Shown here: one piece after another, positions 51,889 through 55,502 of the stretch | How positions within the stretch are numbered: position 1 is the first letter of the stretch | Layout: the number at the start of each line of letters is the position of its first letter | Virus record (IMG/VR): IMGVR_UViG_3300038701_001228 | Span: 1 to 55,502 of that record | Source: a virus | Direction: 5' to 3' (one strand) | DNA: 55,502 nt | The notes under the pieces: model-generated | Database searches by the model: none | The model's input: only the letters and a program-made list of their open reading frames with translations | Told to the model about the DNA's origin: nothing | Made by a program: the position numbers and the translations under genes

Positions 51889-52109
51889 CTTGTCAGCCTC
51901 CGCTGGGTGGAGAACACAAGGAACAGGTCGGGTCGCTTACGTGCCAGTGAGGCAGCGTAGGAGGCCCTTGGATGCGCACCGGCATTGGTGAGCATCAAAA
52001 ACACTATCCCGTCCTTGGACACCGCACCGCGATCCACAAGGTAGTCACGCCATAACGCAATCGCTTGTGGATCATCGGTGAAGAACTTGTCCGGGTCAGA
52101 ACAGCACAT
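51885..52109 (-). CDS. Hypothetical protein
   Basis: 74-aa ORF with ATGA overlap. Confidence 0.45.
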   Translation of the reverse strand: MCCSDPDKFFTDDPQAIALWRDYLVDRGAVSKDGIVFLMLTNAGAHPRASYAASLARKRPDLFLVFSTQRRLTR

Positions 52110-53091
52110 CTTGGTGTGCCAGAGCCCACTTGGTAAAGGCTGCCGTGTTGGTCAGGTCGGTGTCCCGACGCACTGCCATGGACATACTGAGCACGGCGAA
52201 CTCGGCAGGCATCCGGCTGGTGTATGTCACCATCCGTTCGAGGTTGCCCTCCGTGGCCCGTTCAGCGATGGCACCGGACAGGGCGTAGAGCGTGGCGGGG
52301 TCGGTCGGCACGTCAGCCGTGTCGGGGTTCATGAGGATCGCATCGGGGTTGGGCAGCTTGCGGTAGATACGAACGAACCCGACGAACTCAGCCGCTGCAC
52401 CCTCACCGACGGCACCCTTGAAGCACTCATACTCAGCCTCGGCAGGCACCTTGCCGAGCACTGCGGACACACCCTCGACCCAGCTACGGGGTGTGGGGTT
52501 CACGTCCCGCTGGGGGTCGAAGTCGTGGAGGAGGTGAGGCCGGAACCGGATGAACGCAACGACCATGGGGTTGACGTTGTGGTCAATCATCCAGCTGGTG
52601 CTGTCATCGAGATGGGTCTCGAACTCGAGCACGGTCTCACGGTTGCGGAGGTGGGACAGAACCCGGTTGGCCCCAGCCCTGTCGGACTGGCGGTTGCCGG
52701 TCGACACCACCGTCCAGCCATCGGCGAGAGGTGCCCCGTGGAGGTTCCGAGCCTGCTGGATGTTGGCCAGCACCTTCTGAAGGTCGGCGTTGGCTTGGTT
52801 CCTGTCGTCGAACAGCAGCACCCCGCCACCCTCGGTGCCGGCCTTGCCCTTGACGGGATACCAGTCGGGCAGCTTGTAGCTGAAGGACGAACCGTCAGCG
52901 TCGGGGTAGGGTATGCCGAAGTCCTCCACCAGCATGGTGGGCATGTGCTTCTCGACGATGGGCAGCCCGAGGCTCTCGGCCACCTCGTGGACGATGGTGG
53001 TCTTGCCGCCACCCGGTGCCCCCTCGATAGCGACAGAGCGACCGGCAGGGATCAGGGCAGACAGCGTGGACTTGAGGAGCGATGCTCGCAT
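52096..53091 (-). CDS. AAA+ ATPase, MoxR / CobS-like
   Basis: 331 aa. Walker A GAPGGGKT, Walker B VLLFDD, sensor-like VVSTGN. SD GGAG. Confidence 0.75.
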   Translation of the reverse strand: MRASLLKSTLSALIPAGRSVAIEGAPGGGKTTIVHEVAESLGLPIVEKHMPTMLVEDFGIPYPDADGSSFSYKLPDWYPVKGKAGTEGGGVLLFDDRNQANADLQKVLANIQQARNLHGAPLADGWTVVSTGNRQSDRAGANRVLSHLRNRETVLEFETHLDDSTSWMIDHNVNPMVVAFIRFRPHLLHDFDPQRDVNPTPRSWVEGVSAVLGKVPAEAEYECFKGAVGEGAAAEFVGFVRIYRKLPNPDAILMNPDTADVPTDPATLYALSGAIAERATEGNLERMVTYTSRMPAEFAVLSMSMAVRRDTDLTNTAAFTKWALAHQDVLF

Positions 53092-53106
53092 TTTCGTTTC
53101 TCCATT

Positions 53107-53177
53107 TGGCTTGACTCATCAGTGCCGTGGTAGCCAACCACGACAGACGGGCCGCTTGTGTAGCGGCCCGTTTCGTC
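53107..53177 (-). ncRNA. Type II hammerhead ribozyme (HHR-c)
   Basis: Minus strand: GAC-GAAAC-GGGCCGC-uacacaa-GCGGCCC-GUC^UGUCGUGG-uuggcua-CCACGGCA-CUGAUGA-GUC-AAGCCAA. Full catalytic core. Predicted cleavage between 53146 and 53145. Confidence 0.85.
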
Positions 53178-53179
53178 TC

Positions 53180-53998
53180 TCATCCGTGCTTCCGAATCTG
53201 GCTGATGGCGTTCTGCACCTGCTGGTAGGTCTCGAAGTAGGGTATGGTCTGGGTGTCGTAGCACGTCTCGTACTGGTAGACGGCCTCCCGGAGTGCCCGC
53301 AGCTCAGTCTCCACCGGGACGGCGTTACTCATCCGGGCTGTGATCTCAGCCCAGCCCTTCTCGCCTTGGCTGAGGTAGCCAAGGGCCTCCTTCCCCGACC
53401 AGCCGTAAGGATTAATGTTGTATCTGCGACCGAACTCAGCCACCCCGAGACGTATCTTGGTCTCCAGCCACAGCTTGAACGTGTAGTAACCAGCCTCCTT
53501 GAGGGCCTGCTTACCCTCCTTGCGGTTGAGGTATGGCACCTCGAACGGCACCGCTCCACCGACCAGCTCCCAACCGGTCTCTTTGGGCTGGACGACGAGG
53601 TGATCCGGGGTGTGGTAATACCGCCCATTCACTTCCGTGATGTTGTCCGGGGCAGGGTAGTCCCGATCAGACCACATGGGGCTGACATGGGGACCGAGGA
53701 GCGACCAGACGAACCGGGTGGTAAGGCTGGAGGCATAAGGCTCAAGCTCGATGAGGTTGTTGTTCCCATCCCCATAGGAGCGGTAGCGGATCACGTCGGT
53801 GGAGTAGAGGCGAACCACGATGTCCCCCGAACACTCCTCCTGACGGATCGTCATGTTGTCGTTCCCCCGTCGACCCAAGGGACGGGTGTTCTGGTCGGAT
53901 CGACCACGGATAGGCTTGATGGCCTTCCACTTCTTGAAGGCGCTGTCGTAGGACAGCAGACGGCTCTCAGGCAGGATGGTGTTGTTTGCACCGATCAT
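53180..53998 (-). CDS. Hypothetical protein
   Basis: 272 aa from ATG 53998 (SD GGAG). The track start 54055 translates through the ribozyme and is rejected. Confidence 0.55.
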   Translation of the reverse strand: MIGANNTILPESRLLSYDSAFKKWKAIKPIRGRSDQNTRPLGRRGNDNMTIRQEECSGDIVVRLYSTDVIRYRSYGDGNNNLIELEPYASSLTTRFVWSLLGPHVSPMWSDRDYPAPDNITEVNGRYYHTPDHLVVQPKETGWELVGGAVPFEVPYLNRKEGKQALKEAGYYTFKLWLETKIRLGVAEFGRRYNINPYGWSGKEALGYLSQGEKGWAEITARMSNAVPVETELRALREAVYQYETCYDTQTIPYFETYQQVQNAISQIRKHG

Positions 53999-54016
53999 GG
54001 TGTTCTCCAGTTTGTT

Positions 54017-54082
54017 GTGGCTTGTCTCGTCAGTGTGCTGGTAGCCAACCAGCACAGACCACCCCGAAGGGTGGTTTCGACA
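54017..54082 (-). ncRNA. Type II hammerhead ribozyme (HHR-b)
   Basis: Minus strand: UGUC-GAAAC-CACCC-uucg-GGGUG-GUC^UGUGCUGG-uuggcua-CCAGCACA-CUGACGA-GACA-AGCCAC. Predicted cleavage between 54057 and 54056. Confidence 0.85.
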
Positions 54083-54083
54083 G

Positions 54084-54401
54084 TCACAGGTTGAGATACT
54101 TGGCGACGGAGTAGGCGTTCACAGACAGCCTCACGACCATCGTGCCGGGCTTGTGGTCAGGGAAGTAACCAGTGGCCTCCCAACCAGCGGTGCCAAGGGA
54201 CGTGGTCCCGTCCCACATATTGGCCCTGACCATGTCCCGGATATGGTCGATGGAGGATCGACCGGGGTTGATGACCTCCAGCACCTTGGCTGTCTGCTCA
54301 AGGCTATGCTCGTCGAACTCGATGTTGAACCCTTGGTTGATGCAGTCAGCCTTGCGCTGCCACTCGTCACGGATTTGCTGCTCAGTGGTGGACGAAAGCA
54401 T
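54084..54401 (-). CDS. Hypothetical protein
   Basis: 105-aa ORF with SD GGAG, flanked on both sides by hammerhead ribozymes. Confidence 0.55.
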   Translation of the reverse strand: MLSSTTEQQIRDEWQRKADCINQGFNIEFDEHSLEQTAKVLEVINPGRSSIDHIRDMVRANMWDGTTSLGTAGWEATGYFPDHKPGTMVVRLSVNAYSVAKYLNL

Positions 54402-54421
54402 GTCACGTTCTCCAATGTGTT

Positions 54422-54486
54422 GTGGCTTGTCTCATCAGCACAGCAGGAGCCACCTGCTGTGGACCACCCCGAAGGGTGGTTTCGAC
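54422..54486 (-). ncRNA. Type II hammerhead ribozyme (HHR-a)
   Basis: Minus strand: GUC-GAAAC-CACCC-uucg-GGGUG-GUC^CACAGCAGG-uggcu-CCUGCUGUG-CUGAUGA-GAC-AAGCCAC. Predicted cleavage between 54462 and 54461. Confidence 0.85.
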
Positions 54487-54614
54487 TAGGAAACCCAGAG
54501 GAAGTTGGTGTTGTTGGAGTATCGACGCTGGTAGTCAGCGTAGGACACCCAGTCGAACCACACTGTCTCACCAGACAGAGGGCAGCGAAGGTAAACGTCA
54601 CCGTAAGTGTTCAC
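54486..54614 (-). CDS. Possible 42-aa protein (not in the ORF track)
   Basis: GTG 54614 overlaps the upstream stop (GTGA), with SD GGAG 9 nt upstream. Sequence (M)NTYGDVYLRCPLSGETVWFDWVSYADYQRRYSNNTNFLWVS. The last base of its TAG stop is the first base of HHR-a. Confidence 0.4.
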   Translation of the reverse strand: MNTYGDVYLRCPLSGETVWFDWVSYADYQRRYSNNTNFLWVS

Positions 54615-54886
54615 AGCTCAATCTCCAAAGGGGCACAGTGAGGCTGATAGTGGATGTGGACATGGGTGTACCCATACTCCCGGAGGTGACGACGTTCGTC
54701 GACAGCTACCACCGAGCCGTAGTAGGGACTCGCTTCCGTCGTGATGACGAACTCTTTACCAGCTGCCCAGTCATAGCCAGCGTCAGCTTGGTGGAGATAG
54801 GTCCGTCGACGAGGACGGACTGTCACGATACGGTGGTCATGGTGATCGGTGAGATCGGCAAGTTTAGCCCAGACGGAAGTAGTCAC
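54611..54886 (-). CDS. Early hypothetical protein, tandem paralogue of 54883..55104
   Basis: 91 aa. Its C-terminal half aligns with the upstream neighbour (LREYGYTHVHIHYQPHCAPLEIEL vs LRDMGYTHVEFRLGAQSLEVAL). Confidence 0.5.
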   Translation of the reverse strand: MTTSVWAKLADLTDHHDHRIVTVRPRRRTYLHQADAGYDWAAGKEFVITTEASPYYGSVVAVDERRHLREYGYTHVHIHYQPHCAPLEIEL

Positions 54887-55104
54887 AGTGCCACCTCCAG
54901 AGACTGAGCACCGAGACGGAACTCAACATGGGTGTATCCCATGTCACGTAGGGTCGGTTCCTCGTAGCAGTCAATGGTCAAACCTGACAGACGGTCATAA
55001 CCACGGACTAGCACAGGCTTCCCTGATCGGTAATCGTTAAGCACTTGATGGGGGTTGGTGTAGGTCGAGAGAGGTGCAGTGGGCTGCACAGACAGGATAG
55101 TCAT
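54883..55104 (-). CDS. First early gene, hypothetical protein (paralogue of 54611..54886)
   Basis: 73 aa from ATG 55104 (SD AAGGAA). The track start 55203 extends into the AT-rich non-coding region. Confidence 0.5.
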   Translation of the reverse strand: MTILSVQPTAPLSTYTNPHQVLNDYRSGKPVLVRGYDRLSGLTIDCYEEPTLRDMGYTHVEFRLGAQSLEVAL

Positions 55105-55375
55105 GTGTATAGTTCCTTGGATTTGGTATATACCAGCGGGGCCTGCCCCGACGGCGAAGCCAAGCTGGCACGACCGGCTCGGCGTGTCAAGTTTGGTTGC
55201 CAAGCCCTTGATTTCGCTCGATTTTCGCTCGGCATGTTTATTAAGAAAGTTGACAGTGGTTTAGGTGTTTTATCTGTAGGGGGTGCGAAACTTACTTTTT
55301 AAGTGTTTGAAAACAAAGGAACTATCTATTTATCTATCTATCTGTTGAAAATAAACACGGCCCCTGAGAGATAGG
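55105..55375. promoter_or_regulatory. AT-rich non-coding region upstream of the early (minus) arm; candidate early promoters / origin
   Basis: No credible ORF. Contains the minus-strand AAACTTGACACGC motif (55183..55195; second copy at 227..239), a plus-strand TTGACA at 55250, and the left arm of the ATCTAT inverted repeat. Confidence 0.55.
55320..55343. repeat. Left arm of the 24-nt imperfect inverted repeat (partner 58..81 / 55433..55456)
   Basis: aactatctatttatctatctatct compared with the reverse complement of 58..81: 20/24 identical. Confidence 0.7.
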
Positions 55376-55502
55376 AGATCGTTGCCATTTACAACGAATA
55401 AGGGTCGCCTACGGAAGAAGGGTTAATTTTAGAGATAGATAGTATAGTAGATAGTTAATTATAACTAAACTAACCTACCCCCTGTGGTATCCCGCTGGTT
55501 TT
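55376..55502. repeat. Second copy of the 127-bp end sequence (identical to 1..127)
   Basis: Exact identity to 1..127. Confidence 0.95.

Noticed and set aside
54545-54565. tRNA-like GGTTCGA T-loop sequences (minus strand near 54555; also 1454 and 14378 on the plus strand)
   Set aside because: The flanking bases do not form a T-stem or an acceptor stem, so no cloverleaf can be drawn. The sites fall inside coding sequences.
53999-54601. Repeated peptide DETSHN(K/T)LEN in the N-terminal extension of ORF 53180..54055 and in ORF 54131..54601, initially suggestive of a repeated protein motif
   Set aside because: The repeat is the translation of the conserved hammerhead core and tail (CUGAnGAGACAAGCCAC...). 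The conservation is at RNA level, and the real CDS starts at 53998.
55320-55502. ATCTAT/TAGATA repeat arrays as a CRISPR array or tandem satellite
   Set aside because: The units are 5-9 nt, irregular and in inverted orientation, and there are no 25-40 nt repeats separated by unique spacers.

Overview
The window is a complete, GC-rich dsDNA phage genome with podovirus-like gene content. Its first 127 bp are repeated exactly at 55376..55502, so the unique length is 55375 bp and the contig is probably circularly closed. No similarity search was run, so all functional calls rest on motifs I recognise in the supplied translations and on reading the DNA by eye.

Layout:
- Plus-strand late arm (1775..35224): terS, terL, portal, scaffold, major capsid, fibre/adaptor genes, a receptor-binding cassette, a lysis cassette, tail and internal-virion proteins, and a 2749-aa giant virion protein.
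- Minus-strand early/replication arm (55104 down to 35221): small early genes, an AAA+/DUF3150-like/vWA trio, nucleotide-metabolism genes, family A DNA polymerase, two HNH-like endonucleases, Cas4-like and VRR-NUC nucleases, SNF2 helicase, SSB-like protein and primase-helicase.
- Three small minus-strand genes (1324 down to 507).
- An AT-rich non-coding region of about 0.75 kb spanning the junction (55105..55375 plus 1..472).

Most notable observations:
1. Three canonical type II hammerhead ribozymes sit on the minus strand, each between a stop codon and the next ribosome-binding site (53107..53177, 54017..54082, 54422..54486). Their stems covary and a loop I/3'-tail pseudoknot is predicted.
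2. A 46-aa lysine-rich ORF with a strong Shine-Dalgarno lies in the +1 frame inside an acidic linker of the giant gene, and third-position GC follows the embedded frame.
3. Three proteins share one N-terminal anchor domain of about 100 aa, around a low-GC island of about 3.9 kb that carries two pectate-lyase-type tailspikes.
4. Several tiny, very basic proteins are scattered through the virion module.
5. A five-gene lysis cassette sits inside the structural arm and includes a 58-aa two-TM gene absent from the ORF track.

No tRNA, rRNA, CRISPR array, integrase or phage RNA polymerase was recognised.
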